A stretch of DNA of 25,551 nucleotides, from assembly GCA_030141605.1 (NCBI GenBank), contig JAQGDQ010001789.1, forward strand, positions 1 through 25,551. The letters are read 5' to 3'. The stretch is from Tubiluchus corallicola (Eukaryota > Animalia > Priapulida). The notes under the pieces were generated by a model that was not told the DNA's origin, searched no databases, and saw nothing but the letters and a program-made list of their open reading frames with translations. Shown here piece after piece: positions 11,154 through 20,999 of the stretch; position 1 is the first letter of the stretch, and every line of letters starts with the position of its first letter. The translations under genes were made by a program, and so were the position numbers.

Positions 11154-14100
11154 TTCTAGTTACGTAAGTCTTTCAAACAGGTAAGGATAATGCGAAGTAA
11201 TCATAACTTTGTACGGAAAGTTTTTTGAAACATACTTTAAAATTCCGTGTACTACTCCTTTAAATTTAATAAGTTTGGAGGAAGCAGCTGTGTAACAAGG
11301 CAACGTTTGAATTTCATGACAACAAGATTGTTAATTAATGCAGTACGTCTGCTACTGATGAACTATTTCAGTTATGGATAGTAATCCACTCAACTCTGTT
11401 CTTCATTAAAGCAAAACCGGGACCTAATGTTAAACTGCAAGTCAAAACAATCTACTCTTTAAAATATTGAAACGCAACATGCTATTTTTTTTAAAATGAC
11501 TTACGTGAAAGAATTATTACCACACAAATACAATTTCACGTTCGAGCCGCTAGTTCTTCACTGTTACATGCATTTCACAATTCGTTATTTAGACGGGCAC
11601 TAGCGCCTGCATTTCACCATTCGTTATTTAGATGGGCACTAGCGCCTGCATTTCACCATTTGTTATTTAGACGGGCACTAGCGCCTGCATTTCACCATTC
11701 GTTATTTAGATGGGCACTAGCGCCTGCATTTCACCATTCGTTATTTAGACGGGCACTAGCACCTGCATTTCACCATTCGTTATTTAGACGGGCACTAGCG
11801 CCTGCATTTCACCATTCGTTATTTAGACGGGCACTAGTGCCTGCATTTCACCATTCGTTATTTAGACGGGCACTAGCGCCTGCATTTCACCATTCGTTAT
11901 TTAGACGGACACTAGCGCCTGCATTTCACCATTCGTTATTTAGACGGGCACTAGCGCCTGCATTTCACCATTCGTTATTTAGACGGACACTAGCGCCTGC
12001 ATTTCACCATTCGTTATTTAGACGGACACTAGCGCCTGCATTTCACCATTCGTTATTTAGACGGGCACTAGCGCCTGCATTTCACCATTCGTTATTTAGA
12101 CGGGCACTAGCGCCTGCATTTCACCGTTCGTTATTTAGACGGGCACTAGCGCCTGCATTTCACCATTCGCTATTTAGACGGGCACTAGCATTTGTATTTT
12201 GTCATTTGCTAGTTAGATGGGCGCTAGCGCCTGCATTTCGCCATTTGCTAGCTAGATGGGCACTAGCGCCTGCATTTCGCCATTTGCTAGCTAGATGGGC
12301 ACCAGCGCCTGCATTTTGCCGTTTGCTACTTAGATGGGCACTAGCGCCTGCATTTTGCCATTTGCTACTTAGATGAGCACTAAGCGCCTGCATTTTGCCG
12401 TTTGCTACTTAGATGAGCACTAAGCGCCTGCATTTTGCCGTTTGCTACTTAGATGGGCACTAGTGCCTGCATTTCGCCATTTGCTAGTTAGATGGGCACT
12501 AGCGCCTGCATTTCGCCATTTGCTAGTTAGATGGGCACTAGCGCCTGCATTTCGCCATTTGCTAGCTAGATGGGCACTAGCGCCTGCATTTCTGAAACGT
12601 GTTGCATTAGCAAATTTCTAGCAGAGGTGATTGAAATTCATAAAAATTTGATCTTTATCTATTAGCAGGGTATTTTTTGCTTCACCACTGACCACCAGCA
12701 CCCCGTCTTCATCGTGGGACTCTCAGTCGGGATTTGAAGTGGTCAGCCCGATGGAACCCACCGATGCCACCTCTCTGACTCAGTCAACTCATTTTAAACC
12801 GTCGAAACCGGAGAAGCCGCCCCATCACTTGCCGGAGACAGTTAGTAAAAAACTGTAAGTGGACCGTACTCGTTAACTATACCTTTTTCAACAGTTAGCA
12901 CGAAACTGTAAGCGAAGAGCGCTTGTTAGTCGTGTCCTCTTTCGTTTTTATAAATTTTTGTAATTTTTGACATAAAAACTTTTTCTAAACTTTAGTGTTG
13001 TGTAGATTTCCATTTATAACTGATGGAGACTAAATAATTTTGTGGAAAATGTATAATGTTCTTGTGTTGAAAAGGTACAAAATAAATAAGTTTTTATATT
13101 TATATGTTCTCTTGTTTTATAAAGTTCGTTTATGATCAACTCTGAATTCCTTCAATGTGTTAATAAACCGAAGATTAGAGATTGAATTGTTTGTGTTATA
13201 ATCAAAAAATTTGTTACTCGCTTATTGTTAATCGTTAATAAACAGACATTTCAACAATGGTGGCTCCTAGTAGTGGGGGTGCTGCTTCAGAAAATTTTTA
13301 GCCATTGTTTTAATACTGTGTAAAATCAAACAAACATGTAATTTTAAAGTTGTAATTTGTAATTGTAATTTTGAACAAACAAACGTACAGAAATTTATAC
13401 ATAAACTTGATAAAATCCTAAACAAAAAATATAATTTTTACTTATTAATAACCTAAATTGTCGCAGTTCAGCAATACGCCGGTAGACGGTTTTTAAGCAA
13501 GTGACAACTGACAACAAACTGCGTGAGTGACAGTACTTTCTCTACCTAGCAGCAGACTTTAGTAGTGCAGGTACAGCATGTTATCTCAGACATGAGCACG
13601 TACAACAACCAAACACCACTGTGCTGGGCTGCGAAGCGAACAGTACTACCCTCACGCCCTCTGGTTCATTCCGTAAAGAAAGACCTAAAGAAAAAGACTC
13701 ATTATATTGAGTATTATTGATAATATTGAGTGAAAATAGGGGGTGCTGCAGTTCCACGGTACTTATACACGAGCTGCCACTATATTTCAAAGCCCAATGC
13801 AGGTTGTTTCCTCACTATAAACGTTGGCAATATGCAGCACTCTTCGACATGCAAATTCTGTTTATTATAACATCCATGATTGCATCGATATTCTTTGTTT
13901 TATTAGTATTTTTGATAATGGATGCCAGACCTATTAAAACATTGTCTATTGTTTTATGATTGCATTTGAACTTTGTATGTGTTTTTGATGATGAATGAAA
14001 AAATAGACAGAACGTCAAAACTACATATAGAAACACACAATCCATTTCCTAACCTTTTAAACGAGTGATTTTGCCATTGCCTTTCCAACTGTATTGTGGA

Positions 14101-17100
14101 TCAAATGTGGAGCCTTTCCGACTGTATTCTGGATCAAATGTGGAGCACACGTGGCTGGAGTATAGGAGCTGTCAAAACTTTCGACAAGTTTTTCGATGGC
14201 GGTAGAGTTAAATGGAACATACTACAGCAACGAAGAGTAGTAAATATGTGTTTTTAACTGCCACGTTCGGATGCAGGGCGGTAGAGTTGAATGAAACATA
14301 CTACAGCAACCGAGAGTAGTAAAGATGTGTTTTTAACTGCCACGTTCGGATGCAGAGCGGTAGAGTTAAATGAAACATACTACAGCAACCGAGAGTAGTA
14401 TAGATGTGTTTTTAACTGCCACATTCGGATGCTGGGCGGTAGAGTTCAATGAAACATACTACAGCAACCGAGAGTAGTATAGATGTGTTTTTAACTGCCA
14501 CATTCGGATGCTGGGCGGTAGAGTTCAATGAAACATACTACAGCAACGAAGAGTAGTAAAGATGTATTTTTAACTGTCACATTCGTATGCAGAAAAGCAA
14601 AATTGTAGCCAAGTTGAAAATGACGTGGCAAGTTTGGTCTCTTTCCTCCTGGTTTGTGTTTTGGTCAAGTTTGGTGTCTTTCCTCCTGGTTTGTGACGTG
14701 GTCAAGTTTGGTCTCCTTCCTCCTGGTTTGTGACGTGGTCAAGTTTGGTCTCCTTCCTCCTAGTTTGTGAAGTGGTCAAGTTTGGTCTCCTTGCTCCTGG
14801 TTTGTGTTTTCCATTTCCTGCACGGTATGTGTTCATTTTTTTCTTTATTTTGTTCAGGAACTAATTACAACTAATCCTTTTCAGTTGAATTTTCTATATC
14901 ACAGTTTGTGTGCACTTTGCGTTTTTATTTTCTCAGAGCGCATTAACTCCAAATATAGTCATCCCAAATATGGAAGTACCTTCCTGCTCCGCTGTAAGTG
15001 TTTTTTAATTTTTTGTTTTGTCTTCTCTTAATTGTTTTAAATCACCTCATTCACCTGTGTTAGTTGACCTCATGACATACGCGCGATTTCAGTTGATATG
15101 TTTTTTGTTTTGCCCTCACTGAACTATATTAAGTGACTCCATGACATATGTGCAACTTCAGTTATTTAACTATTGTTGAGCAACTAGAGTTGAACGAATG
15201 CTTTCTGAATAGACCACGTGTCAAGAATTTAGGAATATTGCAAAAAACAAGAAATTTTTGAGAAAAACAAGAGTTTAACTCTTTCAGGACCTAAAGCATT
15301 TGCTGCATTTTGCATGGCTTCATGAAAAACTGCTCTCACTAAGCAGCGATTACATTATGTTTGATAATTTTTGTAAGTTTAAGCTCCTCACACAATGGAT
15401 TTTCATGCAGTATTATATATGAAATGCATTTGTTTACCTTAGACAAATTCAAAATCGATTTTTGTCAAAAATCCAGAAAAAAGCTTTTAGTAACTGCAGT
15501 GTTTGCATTGTAACAATATGCAGTTTCACTTGTGTGAAATCAGCTAATGCAGAAAATTTCAACTATCCAGACACAACACTCCGATAAACTTTGGCCTCAA
15601 ATCTACTCTATTTCTAAGGTAAAATTCATGTTAAAAGATGAAACGACCTTAATTTTTCCTTGGCTGATCGGTTGGTTTTTCCTGGAATAGCAGCAGAACA
15701 CTGCACAACTTGGATGTAGCAAACAGGCGATCAATGAAATAGTGTGTACGATCACACAGGTGTACACCAGACTAAGCTACTCAATAGGCTAAGTTGGAGT
15801 GCCTGAAAAGGGCGTGTTTTTCTTAGTTTCATCCAAATTAAGTCACTTATAAATGTTTAAACAAATAACTTGATTGGATAGCCGAGATTCTGAATAGAGC
15901 AGTACCTAATTTGTAATCATTTAGTTATGTCTGCATTCATACGGTAGCAGAAAAGTCATAGGTCTTATAAGATTTATTTTGAATGGTGCAGCCCTGAAGG
16001 AGTTAAAGGCAGCCATTTTAGCAGACGGAGCTGAAACAAATGAACATCCTTGTAAAATAATATTATAATTTCTCATTTATAGAAAGAAAATCGAAATGAC
16101 GGAGAAAACGGCCTATAAGCAACAGTACCGGGGGAAACAGCCATCGCGGTTGCCGTTGCCGGTTCGTACGCTGGGAAGACCACTCGTCATGCCGTCGTCG
16201 GCGGATTCTGACGGCAGAGGCAAGCATAACAAGTTTGAACCAGATCCGGGTAAAATGGGCACGGCTGGGAGGAAATTAGACAGAGGTAAGTAGTGATGTT
16301 TCATATCCCACGGAGTATGAAGTTTACATACCTAGTTTGAATGAGAGGAAATGTGAAAAAGTTGAATTTAGCCTGGATTTGAACCGGGGTCCTTTGACTT
16401 ACTGTTTAATCTTAACCCTTTCATACCCGTTGTATCCCGTGGGATACGAGAACATTTTCTGCCTTTAAAATTAATAAAATTTTAAAACTGACATTTATTT
16501 GATCTGTTAATAGTTATTTTGATTTAAGCCAATAACAATAGACTAAAAATGGTGATAAAATGGCAAACTAGAAAATCTACATAGCATAAAAAACTGTGCC
16601 AGGTACAGTACTTTAGAGACGACTTTGTACAGATCAGCATAGCATGCATACTAAATGTCTTAAATACTTTAAAAAATTATCAGCAGTTGCAAAATGAAGC
16701 ACATTTATGCTTAAAAAATTAAACCACTCAACCACTTTATCCCTTTGCTGGTCAAAACAGTCCAATATTTACCTTTCAGGTGACTAAACTAATTCAGCAT
16801 TTGCAATGTTTACTTAATAATATATTTGACATTAGGATTTTAATAATTAATTACAGGTAAACAATGTGGAATCTTAAAATTTGTTTTCAAATGTTTTCAA
16901 AAACAAACAAACAAACAACAGTTGAAAGAGATGGAATGTCTGATCAATAAGACGTCACATTTTTCATAAACGATGGTTTCAGATTTATTCTGAACTTCTT
17001 GCCGCTCCTGATTTTACGATTCACTTGGTAGATTATTAGGTACCAGTTCTGCCTCTAGGCAAACTAGGCAGTTACCTAGGGCTCCAAATTTTGTGAGACG

Positions 17101-18204
17101 CCAAATTTCTTTAATTTTAAAGTTTAGTCGGAGTAATAAGATTGTGTCTGTGTACAACACTAATTTCATGAAATGAATTAGTTGAATCATTTTCTGCTAA
17201 CTTCACGTGATAGTCTTTGATAATGAGATAGGTGCTGGTCCTACTGCAGGTGCAGCAACGGCAATGGTTCTGCCGCTGAGTCCTGCATCATGGTTTGTAA
17301 AGTGGCAAATTTATGTGTCTACTATAGAATCAAGAATGTTTCAAGCAAGCACTTCCATATTGGAATTCTCTACCATTACAGGCTAAACAAATCAGGTCCC
17401 TATCAACATTTAAAACAAAATTAAATAAATTAGTTGTTGTGTTTTGTTTCTCTCGGAAGGCTCGTAGAGAAAACCAGAAAACACTTCGTCAAATTAAACT
17501 AGTTTATTAAGCGAGAATTCTACAACACAAAAGTATGAAGGAACGCGAAATGTTTACAGTAAACGTGAAAATCTGGAAAATGTTTGAGTGTATCCGAAAA
17601 TACAATTATACAAGGGAATGTGTAAGTGTGCGTCCGTGTGAATCTGTGTGTGTGTCTCTCAGCGGCCTGCTTCGCCTTATATAGGGTGCCAGGGAACATT
17701 CTAGACGTTTCTTTCTAGAACATTCTACAAGGTAAGACGATTATTCTAACCGAACATTCTACAATGTTCAATTTAATTCTAATAGATGCCAGCGTTCTCC
17801 ACAACATTAATATTAACCAGATATGAAATATTATCACACCAGTACGACAACATACACACTAATTTAGGATTTTTATATCCATGGTCATATTAATTAAATC
17901 ATAATTTTTAATATTTGTGCATAGTTGTAAATACGTTTGATTTTATTCGTCGTTACTTTCCATTACTGCACAGTAGTTAGATTGCACTGACACTGTTTTT
18001 ATTAACTAACACTGACTAATCATCTCTGTAAAGTGATTATCAATGTATTTTAATGGCAAATAATGATGATATATACATACATACATATGTGTGTGTGTAT
18101 TTTCATGTGTTGCAGATTCGGCACGGCAGCGTGATATTCTAGCCAAAGATCTTGAGATGCGCAATGGTGTGATTCTTCAAGGCACTGAAAGAAAATTGAA
18201 TTGA
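1147..18204 (+). CDS. KIF12: Kinesin-like protein, KIF12-like; spliced, 5'-partial: join(1147-1231,2090-2236,3110-3245,4299-4457,5409-5489,6723-6909,7349-7466,8052-8227,9983-10090,12669-12854,16083-16285,18116-18204)
   Basis: All 12 exons have AG/GT boundaries with matching phases and join into one open frame of about 557 codons. Motor motifs: P-loop [15 protein letters not shown], switch I NEYSSRSH, switch [41 protein letters not shown] and [17 protein letters not shown] resemble KIF12 as I recall it. Confidence 0.88.
2090..2236 (+). CDS. KIF12: Kinesin exon: [49 protein letters not shown]
   Basis: Acceptor ttttcttag, donor gtaagt; 147 nt, phase 0 to 0; GLIQR and SYLEIYNE motifs. Confidence 0.95.
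2325..3067. repeat. ~190-bp tandem duplication merging into a compound (GAT)n microsatellite
   Basis: tttaactgaaaag...tcattcagatcttgttttgtcaaagggtgatgctattatgaaagaaggt occurs near 2338 and 2535; GAT runs continue to 3067. Confidence 0.92.
3110..3245 (+). CDS. KIF12: Kinesin exon: [45 protein letters not shown](G)
   Basis: Acceptor ttttcag, donor gttagt; phase 0 to 1; DLL and GFYVENL motifs. Confidence 0.95.
3276..3396. repeat. 20-bp minisatellite (gggcccaccaaaaatacggt), about 6 copies
   Basis: Directly visible period. Confidence 0.95.
3637..4235. repeat. Degenerate ~80-120-bp tandem repeat, about 7 copies
   Basis: aagatttctcctcttgcttaagt...ttaattaccatgttttgc recurs. Confidence 0.88.
4299..4457 (+). 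CDS. KIF12: Kinesin exon with switch I and start of switch II: [24 protein letters not shown]...GKICFVDLA(G)
   Basis: Acceptor tgtctcag, donor gtttgt; phase 1 to 1; NxxSSRSH and VDLAG motifs. Confidence 0.95.
4660..5449 (+). repeat. 71-bp tandem array, 11 copies, of 3' splice site plus first ~41 nt of the kinesin exon
   Basis: Exon-start copies at 4698, 4769, 4841, 4912, 4983, 5054, 5125, 5196, 5267, 5338 and 5409. Confidence 0.96.
5409..5489 (+). CDS. KIF12: Kinesin exon: (G)[26 protein letters not shown](G)
   Basis: Acceptor tatttccag, donor gtaatg; completes DLAGSE and encodes INRSL. Only the last unit of the 71-bp array reads on into this coding sequence. Confidence 0.92.
5501..5922. 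mobile_element. hAT-like MITE
   Basis: Imperfect TIR caggggtgagga / tgcttaccccta; 8-bp TSD atgtttag / atgtttac; subterminal ttcgaat repeats; inverted relative at 19673-19980. Confidence 0.75.
6723..6909 (+). CDS. KIF12: Kinesin exon: [61 protein letters not shown](R)
   Basis: Acceptor ctttccag, donor gtaagt; phase 1 to 2; [10 protein letters not shown] and ETxSTLRYA motifs. Confidence 0.96.
7042..7260. repeat. (AG)n compound microsatellite
   Basis: Directly visible. Confidence 0.97.
7349..7466 (+). CDS. KIF12: Kinesin exon, neck/coiled coil: [39 protein letters not shown]
   Basis: Acceptor atttacag, donor gtaagt; phase 2 to 0; RAKxIKxKP motor-domain end. Confidence 0.94.
7670..7900. repeat. 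(AAT)n microsatellite
   Basis: Directly visible. Confidence 0.97.
8052..8227 (+). CDS. KIF12: Kinesin exon, stalk: [13 protein letters not shown]...[16 protein letters not shown](R)
   Basis: Acceptor tttttcag, donor gttagc; phase 0 to 2; overlaps ORF 8076-8288. Confidence 0.9.
8285..8350 (+). mobile_element. Fragment of the dispersed repeat family also at 11410-12610 and 25217-25460
   Basis: ttagacgagcactagc...aaaaaacaggtgctgtacc is shared with ~25397-25457. Confidence 0.65.
8379..8448 (-). mobile_element. Possible degenerate tRNA-derived SINE head
   Basis: Minus strand reads A-box-like TAGCCTAGTGG and B-box-like GGTTCGATAC at plausible spacing. Confidence 0.35.
8966..9597. mobile_element. 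hAT-like MITE
   Basis: 16-bp TIR cagggatgttaccgaa / ttcggcaacaaccctg (14/16 match); aaccga subterminal repeats; atgttggt on both flanks (left copy offset by 2 nt). Confidence 0.8.
9586..9958. repeat. 23-bp minisatellite (gcaacaaccctgatgttggtcga), about 16 copies
   Basis: Directly visible. Unit = last 12 nt of the MITE TIR + TSD + 3 nt of flank. Confidence 0.97.
9983..10090 (+). CDS. KIF12: Kinesin exon, coiled coil: [35 protein letters not shown](R)
   Basis: Long polypyrimidine tract plus ccag, donor gtaaga; phase 2 to 2; heptad-like sequence. Confidence 0.9.
10582..10845. repeat. 30-bp minisatellite (ccaRacggtttagtctagtggtaagaatga), about 9 copies
   Basis: Directly visible; the last copy continues into the SINE. 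Confidence 0.97.
10822..11153 (+). mobile_element. tRNA-derived SINE with (TTA)n tail
   Basis: A-box TAGTCTAGTGG at 10832-10842, B-box GTTCGAACC at 10876-10884, (tta)n tail at ~11073-11153. The central gggtcatcccaaagactttaaaaatggtacc resembles, from memory, the Meta/MESC SINE core. Confidence 0.8.
11410..12610 (+). mobile_element. Dispersed repeat copy with TTAA-AG start (Kolobok-like end) carrying an internal 39-bp array
   Basis: Colinear with 25217-25460 (aaaatattgaaa, ttacgtgaaagaattatta, gctagttcttcactg, gcactagc); start resembles the TIR at 18521. Confidence 0.65.
11569..12592. repeat. 39-bp minisatellite, about 26 copies, in two variant blocks
   Basis: Unit tgcatttcaccattcgttatttagacgggcactagcgcc; switches to the cgccatttgctagNtagatgg variant after ~12190. 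Confidence 0.97.
12669..12854 (+). CDS. KIF12: Kinesin exon, S/T/P-rich tail: [19 protein letters not shown]...[12 protein letters not shown](L)
   Basis: Tandem (NAGNAG) acceptor tagcag, donor gtaagt; phase 2 to 2; open, GC-richer island. Confidence 0.8.
14198..14592. repeat. 79-bp tandem repeat, about 5 copies
   Basis: gcggtagagtt...aacatactacagcaac...tttttaactgccac recurs every 79 bp. Confidence 0.95.
14621..14810. repeat. 37-bp tandem repeat, 5 copies
   Basis: caagtttgg at 14629, 14666, 14703, 14740 and 14777. Confidence 0.95.
15279..16002. mobile_element. piggyBac-like MITE
   Basis: TTAA on both sides (15275-15278, 16003-16006); TIR ctctttcaggac / gccctgaaggag (10/12 match); no ORF. 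Confidence 0.75.
16083..16285 (+). CDS. KIF12: Kinesin exon, tail: [28 protein letters not shown]...RKLDR
   Basis: Acceptor catttatag, donor gtaagt; phase 2 to 1, matching both neighbours; ORF 16096-16293. Confidence 0.8.
16340..16405 (-). mobile_element. tRNA-derived SINE fragment
   Basis: Minus strand reads cagtaagtcaaaggaccccGGTTCAAATCCaggc (B-box). The A-box side is missing next to a TTAA-CCCTTT end. Confidence 0.5.
16416..16470. mobile_element. Single piggyBac-like terminus; partner end not found
   Basis: TTAA followed by ccctttcatacccg and the palindrome gtatcccgtgggatac; extent unknown. Confidence 0.4.
17435..17806 (-). mobile_element. Solo LTR
   Basis: Termini tgttgtg...cacaaca; 5-bp TSD ttagt / ttaat; on the minus strand TATATAA (17677-17683) precedes AATAAA (17503-17508). 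Confidence 0.7.
18116..18204 (+). CDS. KIF12: Probable terminal kinesin exon: (D)[28 protein letters not shown]
   Basis: Acceptor gttgcag; phase 1 fits the preceding exon; TGA at 18202-18204. Confidence 0.65.
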
Positions 18205-18520
18205 AGTGCACACTGAGCAGAGGCCATTATAATTACTAGTCACATTTTAAATGATTTCATGTTCAAATTTGGATACCTTTTGTTCACATTCACATGGGGT
18301 TCACCCATTCGTCTTGAACTATGATCACCACGAGTTCTAGACACTTCCAAATGACATTTTCAGTTACACGAACATTACCTTAAAATTTTTGACAGACATG
18401 GTTGTGCCAGTTGATTTTGTCTTAATAATTTTCACGTTCTACTGCATAGCGGCTGGAATGCTCTATGTCTTTGTCTACAGTGAAACCTTTTTATACTGCC
18501 TACTTTAGGACTGTCATTAA

Positions 18521-19071
18521 AGGAAAACCTGACGATTGTGTAAACTAAGTTCAGAATAAAAATGTTCTAAAATATTGAAAACTACAATAGCTTATTTTAA
18601 ATCAGAGCTTAGATAAATAATAATTACCTCGGATACTCAAGTTTTGTTAAACTTTCAAATTTACGCGCGGTTCCGTGAATCTACTAAGATTGGCAGCGGT
18701 GCGTTTTTGTCACATTCGTGTGTCCGACAAATAGAAGGCAGTACCGTGATAAGCATGATCATGAACTGCACTGTTAGTTCCTGACGTCATATGATGTACA
18801 GCCCATTTTTCATGACATCATGCGTTTAAATAGTAACACTTACTCTAACGCGCTTGACACACAAGGGAAGATACCTACCATTGCACAAACTGTGGTTAGT
18901 TTCTGGCGTAAGCAATAGCTGTGTTCGGTTGCCATTAATTAACTTTCTTCTAAGCTAATTATTCAAATATGAGAAACAGTTGCTAACTTTTATAGGCAAG
19001 AAAATGTATAGTAAAGTAAAGGGGCAGTAAAGTAAAATGTGACTGAGTCTAAACAATCGTCCGGTCTTCCT
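18521..19071. mobile_element. Kolobok-like MITE in the probable kinesin 3' UTR
   Basis: TTAA on both sides; TIR aggaaaacctgacgattg / caatcgtccggtcttcct (16/18 match); AG...CT termini. Confidence 0.78.
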
Positions 19072-19486
19072 TTAATATATACGTATCTATGCAAATTTGA
19101 GACGTTTTGCCAAAAACATTGCCATTAAGCGAAGTTCACATTATAACGATATTTGACTGTATTATCTTTCAGCTTAATCCCTCAAATAATTTGATTTTTT
19201 TAGTTTGATCGGTTATGCTAATTATAATAAGTTTGCAGAATCTTGGTTTGTTACTTAGTGACAGTTACTTTGTTGTTTAAAGTGATGTATCAACTAACTG
19301 TGATTTTTAGTGTAGTGTAAGTCTATTTGCGAAATGATATGTTTAATCTAGATGTATAATTTTAACGTAACGCAAAAATGCAAGTATTATCGACTTTTCA
19401 TATTATTGCCCAGTCTCGTAGTACGTCTGTGATACTTTTTATGGTTGTGCAATGTATGAATAATTATGTTTTTTTTTGTGCAACAT

Positions 19487-19492
19487 AATAAA
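19487..19492 (+). promoter_or_regulatory. Candidate polyadenylation signal for the kinesin gene
   Basis: AATAAA followed by a GT/T-rich tract (gtttgtttttg) about 20 nt downstream. Another AATAAA lies at 18555-18560, inside a MITE. Confidence 0.4.
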
Positions 19493-19672
19493 CAATTCGA
19501 ATCAAAGTTCAGTTTGTTTTGATACCTATTTACATTCTATTGTTGTTTTCGTAATCACTATCAAGTATTTTTATTTTGTACTTCTTAAAATTATTTAACT
19601 TAATGTTTACAATGTTAACGTACTGTTATTCATTTTTTTATTTGATCCAAATATTTTATTGTTATTAAACAT

Positions 19673-19980
19673 TAAGGGTGAGTATCTAACGTTCGAGTTC
19701 GATTCCAACGAGTTCAAATCAGAATTAGAAATTCAAAGACATGTTCCTTATCATATCATTAAAACAATTGAAATTTCATGCAATTAATATAAATTAGCTG
19801 CGATTTTTGTGCACAATTTTTAAACAAACTATTGGTGGTTTTTCTGTAGAACAAAATCAAGTAATATACACGACTTAATAAGACTAAATTTTCACTGATG
19901 ATTTGAAAACGTGTTCGAAGATCTTTCAATCTAAAGTCGATTCGAATTTGGTTTCTGGTAGAGAATTTTCACCCTCCCTA
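19673..19980 (-). mobile_element. Shorter, diverged inverted copy of the 5501-5922 MITE family
   Basis: attcgaatttggtttctggtagagaattttcaccc matches the reverse complement of 5501-5540; the left end matches the reverse complement of 5890-5922. Confidence 0.7.
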
Positions 19981-20999
19981 CTACTTTGATTATCATTATT
20001 TTTTCATTACTAGATTTGCGCTTTTGTTGTCTTGGTTGTTGCTACTCCATGTAAAACCTGATGCGCTGTATCGCTGAAATTTCTTAAGAAGATATTGCAT
20101 AGTGCCAGTCGCACGTGTTGAAATATTATATGTAGTGGTGCTGACAAGCCACTGGCATACTAGTGTCTAGTTTTTTTCTGGATTACTGCTGTGTTTACCT
20201 GTCTTGAGGGCAGTTTTCATTCATTTCTGAAGTCTGCCTGCCCAATGTCTACAATAGACGTAATGGGCATATGATGATGATTATGTAGGGTGCAGAGTAC
20301 GCCATTAGCCGAAGCACAACACAACGATGGTGAATAATTCTTGACAATTTACAAAATTATGTATGTATATATTTAATGTATTTTTTACAATAATACCATC
20401 ACTATTATTCACTCTATTAATATCATCATAACATTAAATTAAATATTTAATGCTTTAAAGAGAGAAACTACGCAGGGCACGTAGCTTGCTAACCTGTTTA
20501 CTTAGTAGAATTATTAGAATGGAACAATAATTATTTCTCCAAGAGCTAATGAATCGGATGACCTATTGCGAAGCGAACAAAATAAAAATGATACACCTTA
20601 AGCAAATGCTGGAATCGCCTAAAAGGCGGGCCTATTTCACTTCACAAAGGTTAATATTGAAGCCAAATTTAATATTGGCCATTCTACTAGCCCAGAATAA
20701 GATTCGTTTATTTTGTCAGATATATAGTAAATTATGCAACGCGTATTGATGTTTTCAGTTATTATTATTAAATGAACAAAGACAACGGACGCTGCCACCA
20801 TGGTTAACGACTCGATAATTTCTGTGGTTTCTCTCACCTCTCTCCACTTGTACGGGCAAATGATGAAATCGATTTCACGGGTTTTTCAACACTGCAGCAC
20901 CTTTACTCTTCTTCAACATTTACTTCACCAACTTCCTTGAAAATGCTTTTCTTATAAAAGAACAATCATTGACATATTAAGATGATTTCAACAAATTTT

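Noticed and set aside
11660-12376. 238-aa repetitive ORF
   Set aside because: Artefact of a stop-free 39-bp (13-codon) intronic minisatellite inside a transposon copy.
9586-12592. 23-, 30- and 39-bp arrays as CRISPR arrays
   Set aside because: Units are head-to-tail with no unique spacers, there are no cas genes, and the context is eukaryotic introns.
13467-13720. Extra kinesin exon after acceptors at 13466-13555
   Set aside because: The required phase-2 frame hits stops quickly, and exons ending 12854 and starting 16083 already join in frame.
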